DNA from: Octopus vulgaris
Lineage: Eukaryota
Assembly (NCBI GenBank): GCA_951406725.2
Contig: OX597816.1
Span: 117,924,001 to 117,988,000, forward strand
Length of the DNA stretch: 64,000 nucleotides
Reading direction: 5' to 3'
This document shows positions 25,262-38,913 of this stretch, in pieces. Each line of letters starts with the position of its first letter. Position 1 is the first letter of the stretch. A program made the translations under genes and the position numbers. The notes under the pieces were generated by a model. The model saw only the letters and a program-made list of their open reading frames with translations, was not told the DNA's origin and searched no databases.

Positions 25262-25590
25262 AAATGAAAGACAGAAGATGGAATATACGAGAATTTATTA
25301 TTAATCACGACAATTGTTTCGACACATCAAGCATCGATTCCTCTTGTGAGACACTCAACAACAAGTTCAGGAGTATCCTGTGGTGCAGATGTATCTCGTC
25401 TTGTGGTAAATAAATATAAACAATTCGTTAAAATGACTGTTCCACAATGTAACTTTCGGTTTTGTCGAGAAAAACAGCCAGACGGAGGAAAAATCTTCAT
25501 ATATATAGAAGATCAAAAATAAAAATGCAGAAGAAAAAAAGAGAAACGAACATGTAATCCAGCGAGAAAAGTACTGAAAATAACCGTTAA
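25262..25590 (-). mobile_element. Probable PLE pLTR fragment with hammerhead relic (25306-25405)
   Basis: Minus strand cac-AAGACGA-GATACAT...ATGTGTC-GAA-ACAATTGT-C-gtg. Confidence 0.4.
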
Positions 25591-25679
25591 TAGATGTGCG
25601 TATGTGTGTGTGTGTATATATATATATATATACACATACATACATACATACATACATACATACATGTATGTATATATAT

Positions 25680-25741
<62 letters not shown>

Positions 25742-25742
25742 C

Positions 25743-25820
<78 letters not shown>

Positions 25821-26167
25821 GTGGCAAAGCCGAAATTTCATAATTAATTTAGGATCATAATAGGACACATGAGGTGCCGCATTGCTGTGAAATTCAGAGT
25901 CGAAAAGTTCTCTTAAAAAACTACCAGTCGGTTGTGCTTGTTATATTTCCAGGGTATTGTTTTTAGAGGATTTTTCAACTCTGATTTTCACAGTAGTGAT
26001 GGCACCTCGTGTGCCCTATTATAATTATAAATTTGTAAAGTTTTAGGTTTACCATTTATCAACTCTTTGCTTGCTAGCCACATATTATTGTTGCCATTAT
26101 TCATTTTACTAATGATAATAATAAATAATAATATCTATATAAATATTTTCGTATATTTATTCATTCA

Positions 26168-26242
<75 letters not shown>

Positions 26243-26246
26243 TATA

Positions 26247-26464
26247 AAAAAAGGAAATGAAGAAAATGCTGACAAATAATTGAAGTAATTTAAGTAATTT
26301 AATTAGGTGAATGTTCTTTTACCGGTTGCGCATTTGTTATGCTTATCAAAATAAGCATATTTTGATAAGCATAACAAATGCGCAACCGGTAAAAGAACAT
26401 TCACCTAATTAAATTACTTAAATTACTTCAATTATTTGTCAGCATTTTCTTCATTTCCTTTTTT
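26247..26464. repeat. Perfect palindrome: 107-bp arms (26247-26353 and 26358-26464), 4-nt spacer AGCA
   Basis: Compared base by base; no mismatch found. Confidence 0.97.
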
Positions 26465-26502
26465 ATATATCACCACTCGTGTTCGACATCTCCTTTTTTT
26501 AA

Positions 26503-26544
<42 letters not shown>

Positions 26545-26583
26545 TATACATACATGTGTGTATTTATTGATGCATGTATGAAA

Positions 26584-26614
<31 letters not shown>

Positions 26615-26632
26615 TGTATGTATGTATGTATG

Positions 26633-26683
<51 letters not shown>

Positions 26684-26873
26684 ACGTATATATGCATGTG
26701 TTTATGCATGTTTGTATTCATGTATGTATATATGTATGTAGCTAGTTAGGTATGTAGGTAGGTAGGTAAGTAGGTAGGTAGGTAGGTAGGTAGGTAGGTA
26801 GGTAGGTAGGTAGGTAGGTAGGTAGGTACGTAGGTAGGTACGTACGTTCGTACGTAGGTACGTAGGTGGGTTC

Positions 26874-27690
26874 AGGGTGCGACAGCTACTCGAAAACGAA
26901 ATTTTCAAGAGCCATAAGTAACCCAAACTTTAACTTAATACCTTTTTTTTTTAAATCCCATCATGGAAGCTTCGAATCTAACGCAGGCGAGGAAAAGACA
27001 TGCCGTTCACGTCGCCTTTGCCACCAGGTACAGTGATTTTGAGATTGCAACCTTCTTGAATGTCACCAGGTCCTTCGCATTTTAAGGACCGAAAAAGAGC
27101 ACATCGTCTCTGGCGTGAATATGTCTAATGTGACCAAAAGGAAAAATAAAACATTGTCAACAGCGAGACATTGTCAGAAAAGGCAAGTTGCCCAGCAAGT
27201 CCAGGGCATCATCAGTGAGAATCCCGGTAAATTAACTAGTGTCATTACCAATCATCTTTCTATGTCTGAGTCGATGATTAGACGTGTGGTGAACGGAGAC
27301 ATCAGATACAAATCTTATGTTATGGATAGTTCATGTCAGATAAAACCCTAGAGAACCTTGTGATCCGGCCGAAGCGCTTGCTGAACAAACTGAAGCATTC
27401 CTGGGACCCGACATGCGCTGGTTCTTCTCAGATGAGGTAAACTTGGTCCAAGAGCGAAAAGTGAACAGAAAGAATGACAGATGGCTCTGCACCATCCCAA
27501 CAGAAGTTCCCATTGTTATGCATACCAAGTTTCCAAAAGATCTGTTTAGAAAATTCTGCATAAGCTACTCCTGTAGAAGCTGCACCATTAAAATTTGAGT
27601 TTAATAATTTTTCATTAATCTGTGTCAGCTGTTATAGTTTATTGGGTTATAACATTGTGTTGTTCTGAGTAAATCGGTTCACTATCTGTA
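26874..27690 (+). mobile_element. Internally deleted Tc1/mariner (maT/DD37D-like) transposon relic
   Basis: KRHAVHVAFATRYSDFEIATFLNVTRSF and MRWFFSDEVNLVQERKVNRKNDRWLC...VMHTKFP motifs. Confidence 0.75.
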
Positions 27691-27715
27691 AATTAATAGA
27701 AGTTATTAACATTTA

Positions 27716-27765
<50 letters not shown>

Positions 27766-27779
27766 GCACGCACGCACAG

Positions 27780-27847
<68 letters not shown>

Positions 27848-27940
27848 GCACACACTCAAACACAAACATTTCTACAGCCAGACAGTTACAGATACAAACA
27901 TCCCTCTTTCTATAATTATATGCATGAATACACCCAATTT

Positions 27941-28163
27941 GCGTGGCGAAGTGGTTAGGGTGTTGCACTGACGATCGTGAGATCGAGGATTCGATTCCCA
28001 GATCGAGCGGTGTGTTGTGTTCTTGAGCAAAACTCTTCATCTCACCTTCCTCTGAAATCACTTCGTCACACTGTGCACCTGTTCAAGCAATGTTGGTTTG
28101 ATGAAAGGAGTGAGCTAGTAAGAAGCACAACCATTTTATCACTATAAACATTATCTGTGCAAG
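27941..28163 (+). mobile_element. tRNA-headed SINE, family C (related to 56478-56808)
   Basis: A-box GTGGCGAAGTGGTTAG, B-box GATTCGATTCC, body GTGTTGTGTTCTTGAGCAAAAC shared with 56478. Confidence 0.65.
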
Positions 28164-28519
28164 TTATTCTGTGAATATCAATATATGTATACTTTTATAT
28201 ACATATTCATGTATATAAATAAGTATACGTCTTCTACTTCACTAACATCGTTAAGAATTTCACAGATGCCTAATAATCTCTCCAGTCAAATATATGTGAC
28301 ATCCATTGACTATGAAAACAATATATTTGACATACTGCCAGTATACAAATAATTTGCGCACTTTTAGTTTTTTAGTCAAAAAGACAAACAACTATATGCG
28401 TACATACATACATAGATACATACACACATACATACAAGTATGCATGCATACATACATACATACATACATACATACATACATACATACATACATACATACA
28501 TACATACAAACAAATGTAC

Positions 28520-28820
28520 GTACTCAAACCGTTATGGGCTCATGTGTTCTATTGGTTTGAATATCTTCGAAAACATAGAGGATATGTATGGACAAGTGCT
28601 CCGAAACTTTCAGATTCTATATCCAGATTATTAATTTACATTTATACCAATAATAATTGGTGCACTTGGTTTTGTGAGTATTTGCCTAAGTGACAATCCT
28701 GATGAGCTTGAGTTTTCAGAGGAAGTAATCAGTCAGCTAAAGCGCACATTACAAATACATTCTATAAACGGAAAGTAAAAATATGCAAGGCTTTTCTCAA
28801 GTTTAAAATGTGAATTTGTT
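28520..28820 (+). mobile_element. Restriction-like-endonuclease LINE 3' fragment
   Basis: MYGQVLRNFQILYPDY*FTFIPIIIGALG...KICKAFLKFKM* resembles a REL C-terminus. Confidence 0.55.
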
Positions 28821-29019
28821 TTTGTTATCTACATTCCAGCGATGGAGCTTTGTATCTTTGTTAGAAACCAGCTTCTTCCTTCAAATAATTAATCTGTCAG
28901 TGTGTAGGATATAATATATTTTTTATGATACGTATGCGATTTCAGCAAATGATATCTAAATTTTCATAGTTAAATTTTCTTTCGTATTCGTAGCCAGCTT
29001 CATTAATGATATCTGTTTA

Positions 29020-29209
<190 letters not shown>

Positions 29210-29925
29210 AGATACATACATACAAACATACATAAATAAGAAATAGTGGAAAATAATACTATTGTATTGAAAATAATGCTACCGTATTATAATAACATTT
29301 ATAATTTTTCCACACACACAGACACACATATACAGAGAGAAAGAGAGATATAAGTACATACATGCAGACATACATGCATACATACATACATACATACATA
29401 CATACATACATACATACATACATACATACATACATACATACATACTTTAAACATTTCGTAATGCTTCGAAAAATCGAGTGACATATATACGTGAACGCAT
29501 AATTGAAATCCACATCGTTACAGAATTGCAAATATGTCATTGTGGAAAGAATTAAAACTGAGATCTTCTGACATCCCTCTGGTAAACACCTCAACATATG
29601 AAGGCTGGATCCGGTGGGGTTAGCAGGAGAAGCCTTCGTGTTTCAACGGAAGGGAAGGCGGCTGCTGCAACGCATTGTGACGTGCAGAGAACAAGATGAA
29701 GCAAATAAGACAACTTGGCCATCTACTGCATCCGTCCCCAGCTCCTGTCGCCTTGATCTAGCCTTGCCACTGGATCGAAGATGGCCACGGAGGAGAGAGT
29801 GATGACGTCGGTGCGCAACTCTTCTTCACTTTGAACAAAGCCACTGCACAAGTTATCAGTCATCTTAAAGCATGACTGGGTAGTCGTCATCGCTCCGACG
29901 GATGAACATGAATCCATCGTTATGT

Positions 29926-30662
29926 TATAATAATAATAATGAAATTATTGTATACATTGCTCAGGTGCACCACAACTTGTCAAAAGTGCGTATAAAGCAT
30001 ATGCAGTAATGTACAAATGTCTAGAAAGGGAACAGTGTATGAGTCAGATACATGTTTGCGTGTTTATGGAGGGGAGAAAATCAGGTATAGTGTTGGCGAA
30101 TCTCAGGAAGCATGGAAGTTTTGAAGGATGCAGTGCTCCGACAACTAACAGCTGATGCCGGCAGTTTGTTCCATGCTTCAGCAAATCTTAGCGTGAAAAA
30201 ATGTTTCGGAAAGTCATGGGAGCTGTGCTGTTTTCTGACTTTGTAAACATGTCCACGGGTGTTGGACAGATGGAGTTTGAAAAGGTGCACAGAGTTATTG
30301 TTTGTAAGATGGTTAACAATTTTATGGGTGTCTGCCAAGTCAGCTGCCAGACGTCGGAGTTTCAATGTATCCATGCCCAGGGAAGTAAGGCGTTCAGAAT
30401 ACGGCAAATGCCTGATGGATAGTATTCTCTTGGTTGCACGTCGCTGAACGGCTTCCAGACGATTAATATCATGAGCAAGATAGGGGTTCCAGACCGGTGA
30501 TGCAAATTCCCGGTGAAGTCGCACCATAGCTATATTAAGCCGCAGATAGATAGCTGGAGAGCAGCTCACAAAGGACTTGGTGAATGATACCAAGACACCC
30601 TCAATCTTCTTGGCAATTTTAGCAATGTGTTTTGTCCAACGCAAATCGCTGTTGACAATAAT
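29926..30662 (-). mobile_element. CR1-clade LINE 3' end
   Basis: ORF 30081-30644: EFASPVWNPYLAHDINRLEAVQRRATKRI...YSERLTSLG...LRRLAADL...RGH...FFTLR...WNKLP; (TTA)n-type tail at 29926-29940. Confidence 0.9.
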
Positions 30663-31120
30663 GCAGCTTCCAGTTCAAAAGTCTTTCGTAATGATTTCCA
30701 ATAAATCACAACATTACTTATTAAATCAAACAGCCTTATTTTTACTAGTTGCCCAATTGATCTGTCTCCTTACACATGGAAAACTGAACGTTTCTCTGAC
30801 AAGACCTTCACAAATATGGTAACAGCGCAGGTATAGTGACTGCCGAAAACGTTTACCAAAATTATATACACAGAAGATTTCTGGTTGAAGTTGTCTTCTT
30901 TTATATCATTTGATGCTTACATATGTTTTAGCAATTATTATATATTTATTCATTTGTTACCCTACTTCATTTATTTATTTTTTCATGATTAATCATTCAT
31001 TATCACCTACAACAATATCTGCTCCCGAGCAAAGCAAGGGCAGAAACTGACATGCGTGTATATGCGTGTCTATAAGCATATACACATATAGGCTGCAGGT
31101 GCGCGTTTCCTACGCATACA

Positions 31121-31161
<41 letters not shown>

Positions 31162-31170
31162 TTCATTCTA

Positions 31171-31560
31171 GGCGCAGGCGTGGCTGTGTGGTAAGATGTT
31201 TGCTTCTCAACCACATGGTTTTGGGTTCAGTCCCACAGCATGGCACTTTGACCAAGTGTCTTCTGCTATAGCCCTGGACCGACCGAAGACTTGGTGAACG
31301 GAAACTTAAATAAGCCCATCATATGTGTGTGTGTGCGTTATCCATGTGTCTGTGTTTGTGTTTGAACACCCACCAGCGCTTGACAACCGGTCTTGATTCG
31401 TTTGCGCCCCTTGTAACTTAGCGGTTCGGTAAAATGTGTATGATAGAATAAGCAGCAGAGGTTATGAAAAAAAGTACTGGAGTAAATTTGTTTGACTAAA
31501 CCCTTCAAGGTGGAACTCCAGCATGGCTGCGGTCTAATAACAGAAACAAGTAAAAGATAA
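31171..31560 (+). mobile_element. Octopus tRNA-derived SINE, family B (GGCGCAGG.GTGGCTGTGTGGTAAG head)
   Basis: Matches the 46872-47270 copy, including internal microsatellite and TGAAACAAGTAAAAGA tail. Confidence 0.85.
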
Positions 31561-33190
31561 AAGATTATGTATGTATGTATGTATGTATGTATGTATGTAT
31601 GTATGTATGGATGGATGGATGGATGGATGGATGGAAGGATGGATGGATGGATGGATGTGTGCGTGTGTGTGTAAATAGACATAGTATTTTGTTGAAGCTG
31701 AAAATTTTCACAAACAGTTATTCAGTTTCACATCATCAGTTACCGGAAAATCTGAGTAACAGTTTGTAAATGTTTCCAGCTTCAGTAAGGCCCCACGTTT
31801 TACTCTACTTTGGTATTCGAGGGCTAAAATCTTCTCCTTGTTTCGCACATGTTTGCTCCTATGTATGTACACACACACACACACACACACACATGTTGAA
31901 GCACCCCATAGTTTATATTCATTTATATTTTTGCTTTTATCGGCTTCGACAGGGGAGGACAGGACCCATCCATCACAGTTTACAGTGTTTGCGATAGTGG
32001 TGGAAATTAGAAAGTTATCTTCGGACCAGAAACCTATCCTAAACGTTGGTATTAGAGTGAAATCCGCTAAACGTACCTCACAGCCAGGTAAAGTACTTCA
32101 GTTAAGCCTTGTAGAGTATCGGCAGGTGATGGGACTGAAATATTCGGTGCAACTTTAGCGTACGGTCTACTCGGCCATTTACACCTCAGCGTACGACCTA
32201 CCAGCACAGTGTGTAGTCTACCACAGCTACAAGAACTTTATACTGCAGGATGACAAAAAAATAGTTGAATAATGTTGAATAATGATTTATAATTAATGAC
32301 ATAAACTTAATCATACAAATCATAATCCTCAAAATGCTAAATAATATATTTAAAAAAGGTAGGCACAAGTGATAAATTCACACCATGGAAGATCACAAAA
32401 CCAGCTGTGATCTCAGTGGAGAGATCACGTCATTTCAGTGTAAACTTCGGATACTGAGGAAGACTGCACGCTTAAGTAGCACCATTTGTGGCCTTAATTT
32501 AAAATAAGGATGTACTTTCGCCATTTGACAGTGATTAATTTGGATCGATTGTGCGAATGCTCATCATGTTTAGAGATAGTGTAGGACAGTGATAGTGGTG
32601 GTTTCTTAATAATAGGGGTGCTTGAGATATTCTTTCTTTCTATCTTTCTTTTCTTTTCTGTTGTTAAAAAAGACAAGAATGGAATAGCCCGACTAGGTGA
32701 CGCATTCAAAATAAACGTGTACAGAATCAATCCATGCTTGATGTGTTGTGCCTCGGTTGCATGTGGGAAAAGACATTGTTAAGAAGGAATTAAAGAGTAT
32801 TGTTGGATATGGCTCAACTAGATCAGTGTGATATATAGAAGGAACAGAATGGGAAACAGGACTGGACTCTGGGAACACCAAAGTTTACTGAAAGATGGAG
32901 AGAAAGAGCTCAGTCAAATACATGCCCCAATGCGTGTCCGTGTATGTGTATATGTATGGTGTACGTTCGTGTACGCATGTATGTGCACTTTGGAATATGT
33001 CAGCGTCTATGGTTAGCTGAAATGTATCAATATTAACAAATGTCTTATACTCAAACCTTCACGCGGCCTGTTGCATCTATGAAGCTTATACTGTCCCCAC
33101 CTCAACATATATATATATATATATATTGATAGAAATGGTAAGACAACAAAAGAATGGGAAAGACCTCGATATTATGTAAATAGAGGAACT

Positions 33191-33520
<330 letters not shown>

Positions 33521-33522
33521 TT

Positions 33523-33580
<58 letters not shown>

Positions 33581-33733
33581 GGGATAATTACAATCCTAGC
33601 TATCGCCGCACTAGCACAACATGCAGGATCATGGCCAAAATGAAAAGCAGATCCGTATACACACACACACATACATACATACATAAATACATACATACAT
33701 ACGTACACACAAACACGCACGCACACACACACA

Positions 33734-33793
<60 letters not shown>

Positions 33794-33799
33794 GTTAAT

Positions 33800-33990
33800 C
33801 CAAACATGAAAACACAAGGAGAAAACACAACAACGCGAGGACGTGGAACAAGTGTAGTGTTACTGGACGCTCAGGAAAGAAAGAAGGGGGATTAAACGTT
33901 TCGAGTGGAGCTCTTCGTCAGAAACATAGAAAAAGGAAACAATCAAAGAAGGGAAGACGGAGGAAAGAAATCGCCAGCGATACACACACG
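33800..33990 (-). mobile_element. PLE pLTR fragment (family of 4485-4640)
   Basis: Direct similarity to 4500-4640. Confidence 0.6.
33891..33925 (-). ncRNA. Minimal type I hammerhead motif
   Basis: GTTT-CTGACGA-A-GAG-CTCCA-CTC-GAA-ACGT-T-TAAT; core intact, stem I partly mismatched. Confidence 0.5.
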
Positions 33991-33991
33991 G

Positions 33992-34022
<31 letters not shown>

Positions 34023-35000
34023 CTTATTATATACTTATTCCTTATTATATATTGATTATTCATTTTTATACTTTTTGTGATCTAGTAAAATGTTTTATAA
34101 AAATATATTTTATTTTTTATTTATGATTTGGTTTATGTCTATCATTGCTTGAACTGCATAATAGTGGCTTTTTCTCTAATTTATATATATATATATATAT
34201 GTATGTTTGTATGTATGTATGTATGTATGTATGTATGTATATAACATGCGTGTGTATATATGTGTGTGCTTGGGTGTGTGTGTGCAGTATTGGTTCGTCC
34301 ATCGTTGTCGACGATGACCAAGGATATCGCATGGGAGAAGAAAACAGGACATGGTATATCCGGCTTTGACTAGTCATTCCGATGCGGGCTCGGAAGTTTC
34401 GATCACTGGTGGTCTGCTGGGAATGATGGCAAGGCTCTAGACTTGCACAGTTCGCGTATTTTTCATTGTGGTCCCATATATATATATATATACATGTGCA
34501 CATACGCACGTATGCGTGCGTGGTGGTGGTGTAGGGCGTCCCTTGTTCGATGTTGACCAAGCATCTGCAGGCCTGGGCAAGCTTTTCTCAACGCCACCAA
34601 CGTTTCTGCAGGGAAAAGTCTACCATCTTGGGCCCATACAGCTTTTAATAACGTTGCCTGTCGACGCAGTCAGAAAGAAAAGAGACCGAGCAGGTACCAA
34701 ACCTCAAACACATCCGCTAATCCACTGCCCTCGATCAGGACATTCTTTTTTTATTAAATTTTCTTTTTCTTTTGCGATCCCGAAAGGGTGAAAAGAAATA
34801 TTGACCAAGGAGGCACCTAAACTCAGAACACAGAGAGTGCAGCGAGGCACCCGTACATGCATGGGAGCGCGCATGTATGTATGTATGTGTATGTGTGTGC
34901 GCGTGTGAGTGTGTCTCTGTGTGTGTGTGTACAGTATAACCATGAAAACAGCAGAAAGATTGGATATTTTATCCTTATAAGACAGAAAAAGTTGTCAGCA

Positions 35001-35070
35001 AACAGCCACGGGACTTGAACCCGCACCCTTCAGTTACCGGGTGAGTACTCTACCATTAAGCTAAACGGCC
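35001..35070 (-). pseudogene. tRNA-Thr(GGT)-like sequence, probably a SINE head or tRNA pseudogene
   Basis: GGCCGTT-TA-GCTT-AATGGTA-GAGT-A-CTCAC-CCGGTAA-CTGAA-GGGT-GCGGG-TTCAAGT-CCCGT-GGCTGTT. T arm and A/B boxes are good; anticodon stem pairs 3 of 5 and the acceptor stem is mostly G-U. Confidence 0.65.
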
Positions 35071-35075
35071 CGCTG

Positions 35076-35217
<142 letters not shown>

Positions 35218-35280
35218 CAGACAGACAGCTAGACGGAGACACTGAGAGAGAGAAAGAGAGAGAGATTGACAGACTCAGAT

Positions 35281-35742
<462 letters not shown>

Positions 35743-36060
35743 CTGTCAACGCTTCTTTGGTCCATTTATTTGTTTCAGCCAGCACGTCTAACAGATTGCT
35801 GATGCACCATCTGGCTCTCGACCCGCCAGCATTTTTTTTGTTTTTGTTTTGTTCTCTCTCCTAAGAATTTAAGCAGAATAGTGACGGCATCACTTAAGGA
35901 GATAGCATGAGACAAAAAATATTTTTCTGAATCAGGAAACCTAGTCAAAATACAAGGAACTAATAAATAAATCCTGCTACATTTATTCAACACTGATTCT
36001 TTGGTGTGTACGTGTATGTAAATGTGCAGGTGAGTGCGTTTGTGCTTGTGTGTGTATACG

Positions 36061-36262
36061 TGTGTGTTAATGTTTGTTTTCATGCACAATTCCCTCTCTC
36101 CCTCTCTCCCTCTCTCCCCTGTCTTTATACATACATATGTACACACACATAAACACGCGAGCACACACAGACACATATGCACACACACACGCACGCACAC
36201 ACATATACGTACATATCTGTACATATTTATATGTATATATATGTATATATATATGTGTGTGC

Positions 36263-36293
<31 letters not shown>

Positions 36294-36392
36294 CGTGTGT
36301 GTGTGTTTTTATGTGTGTGTACATATGTATGTATAAAGACAGGGGAGAGAAAGGGAGAGGGAATTGTGCATGAAAACAAACATTAACACACA
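36061..36392. repeat. Fold-back: arms 36061-36153 and 36308-36392 around mirrored CA/TG microsatellites
   Basis: Unique sequence TAATGTTTGTTTTCATGCACAATTCCC and CTGTCTTTATACATACATATGTACAC is mirrored. Confidence 0.85.
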
Positions 36393-36543
36393 TTTATTCA
36401 ACATATTCCCATCTCAGACTTACACACTTATTGCAGCGGTCCTTCAGTTTTTCTAAGCCCTCTAAAAGAACTCTGAAGTTTGGGCGTATAACCAGGCCTT
36501 TCATGACACCCTTAAAGCAAGGGACTTTTCAGCATCCACTTGT
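36392..36543. mobile_element. Truncated mariner-type MITE (family of 45573-45794)
   Basis: Aligns with 45641-45794. Confidence 0.75.
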
Positions 36544-36545
36544 AC

Positions 36546-36576
<31 letters not shown>

Positions 36577-36662
36577 TGTATGTATGTATGACAAAATCAA
36601 ATGTTGAAAGACGCAGCACTCAATACATTTCAATAGAGTAACGTATACATTTTAACTTTGGA

Positions 36663-36796
36663 AGGCGCAGTTGGGTGAGGTAGTTTGCTTTGTAACAACG
36701 TGGTTTCGAATCCAGTCCTACTCGTGACACCGTGATAAAGTACCTTCTTGTACAATCCCGGACTGGACAATGCCTTGTGAGTTAATTTGTGGAAGT

Positions 36797-36877
<81 letters not shown>

Positions 36878-37190
36878 GATCGATCGATCTGTCTGTCTGT
36901 CTGTGCATGTGTGTACAGATGTATATATGTATACCTCAGTGTGTGTGTATGTGTGTATTTGGATTTGTATCCCTCGCCACTAGATATCTGATCTTGATTT
37001 ATTTATGTCACCGTAAGCTAGCGGTTTGACATAAGTGACCGATAAAATAAGTGACCAGAGTTAATAAGAAGTACCAAATTTGAAAACAAAATACTGACGT
37101 CGATTTGTTTAATAAAACACCTTTCAAAGCGGTGCACCAGCACAACTGCAGTCCAATGACTAGAACAATTAAAAGAAATGAAAGAATAGA
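36663..37190 (+). mobile_element. SINE family B, diverged, with internal (TATC)n
   Basis: Head, body and tail recognisable. Confidence 0.7.
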
Positions 37191-37489
37191 AGTTTGATAG
37201 TTACTTCGAAACTTCGGCTTAGTTATCTGCATCAAAATTTCGAAGACACTGTCAATTTTTTTCCTACAAATTCATATACACCATACAAGTTTAGTGTGTA
37301 TGTATGTATGTATGCATGTATGCACGTACGTGGGTGTATGCAGTTGAAGTTGCTCAGGAAAACTGAAATAATTTGGTAGTACATGCTCTATTTGTAATCA
37401 AGCGGGATTTGAACTACAGAGCCATGAAATGGTGTATTAGTCATCACATCAACATAAAGATTCGATATTTTAAATGTCTTTTAACATCT

Positions 37490-37634
37490 GGCATGATTGG
37501 TGTGACAAGAAGTGTGTTTCCCAACCACACGGTTCTGGGTTCAGGCCCACATCGTGTTATCTTGAGCAAGTTTCTTTTATTATACTCTTTTGCGAGTGGA
37601 TTTGGTGGATGGAAATTGAAAGAAGTCTGTCGTG

Positions 37635-37666
<32 letters not shown>

Positions 37667-37826
37667 TGTATGTATGTATGTATGTATGTATGTATGTATG
37701 CATGGATGGATGGATGGATGGATGCAAGCATGCATGTATGTATGTCAATAGATAAATAGATAAATAGATAAAGATATGGCCGATATTACTCTCTGGGTAA
37801 TATAACTATCTATCTATCGATCGATC

Positions 37827-37871
<45 letters not shown>

Positions 37872-38225
37872 CACTTATATCTATATATATATACACACAT
37901 ATATATCTGTGTGTGTATGTATGCATGTATGTATGCATGTATGTATGTATGTGTACATGGATGTATGAGTGTATGTATGTATGTTCCTGTATATATCTAT
38001 ATGTGTATGTGTCTGAGTTTGTATTTATTCTTCACTACCGCTTGACAACCGATGTTAGTATGGTCGCTGTGTTTACGTCCCCCGTAAACCAGCAGTTCAT
38101 CAAAAGGGATCCTTAGAGTAAGCACCAACTTTAAAAGATAATAAGTACTGGGGTCGACTCGTTCGACTAAAAAATCCTCAATGCAGTGCCCTAGCCTGGC
38201 CACAGTTCAATAACTTAATAGATAG
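37490..38225 (+). mobile_element. SINE family B split by an expanded internal microsatellite
   Basis: Head 37490-37636, body and tail 37990-38225. Confidence 0.65.
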
Positions 38226-38242
38226 AATAATCTGATGTCATA

Positions 38243-38458
38243 AGGCGGCGAGCTGACAGAAATGTTTGCACGCCAGGCGAAATGCTTAGCAGTATTTCGT
38301 CTGTCGTTACGTTCTGAGCTCAAATTCCGCCGAGGTCGACTTTGCCTTTCATCCTTTCGGAATCGATAAATTAAGTACCAGTTGCGTCCTGGGGTCGATC
38401 TACTCGACAGGTTCCCTCCCTAAAAATTTCGGGCCTTGTACCTATAGTAGATAAGAAT
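38243..38458 (+). mobile_element. SINE family A
   Basis: High similarity to 47311-47536. Confidence 0.85.
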
Positions 38459-38913
38459 AGTCTGCTGTCATGTTTTCTAATGATTCCTCAGATACATCGT
38501 GGGGATGTTAATGGGAACAGGAACACTCGATAATAATGAACCAGTACCTAGCTAGTATTTGTTTTATTAATTCCGTATTAGCGAAAGACAAAGTCAAACT
38601 TGACAAGATTACCTTCAAGGGTTTATCTTCTCTATTTATCGACTTTTCACCCATATGATCGTTTCACATTTAGATAACAAAAAAATATCCATTCAGACAG
38701 TCAAGCAAATACACATACATTTATGTGTTTACATTTACACACATAGACATATAAATGCATATACACGTCAATGTGAATATGCATGCGTTTAGCTACGCCA
38801 AGTATTAGATGCTATAGTGATATTTGTATTTCTGTTGGAGAATATATAACATTATATAGTAATAATATAATGCAATTTAATGTAATATAATATAATATAT
38901 ATTATATAAATAA

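Noticed and set aside
35001-35070. Functional tRNA-Thr gene
   Set aside because: Anticodon stem pairs 3 of 5, C at position 33 and a weak acceptor stem; kept only as pseudogene or SINE head.
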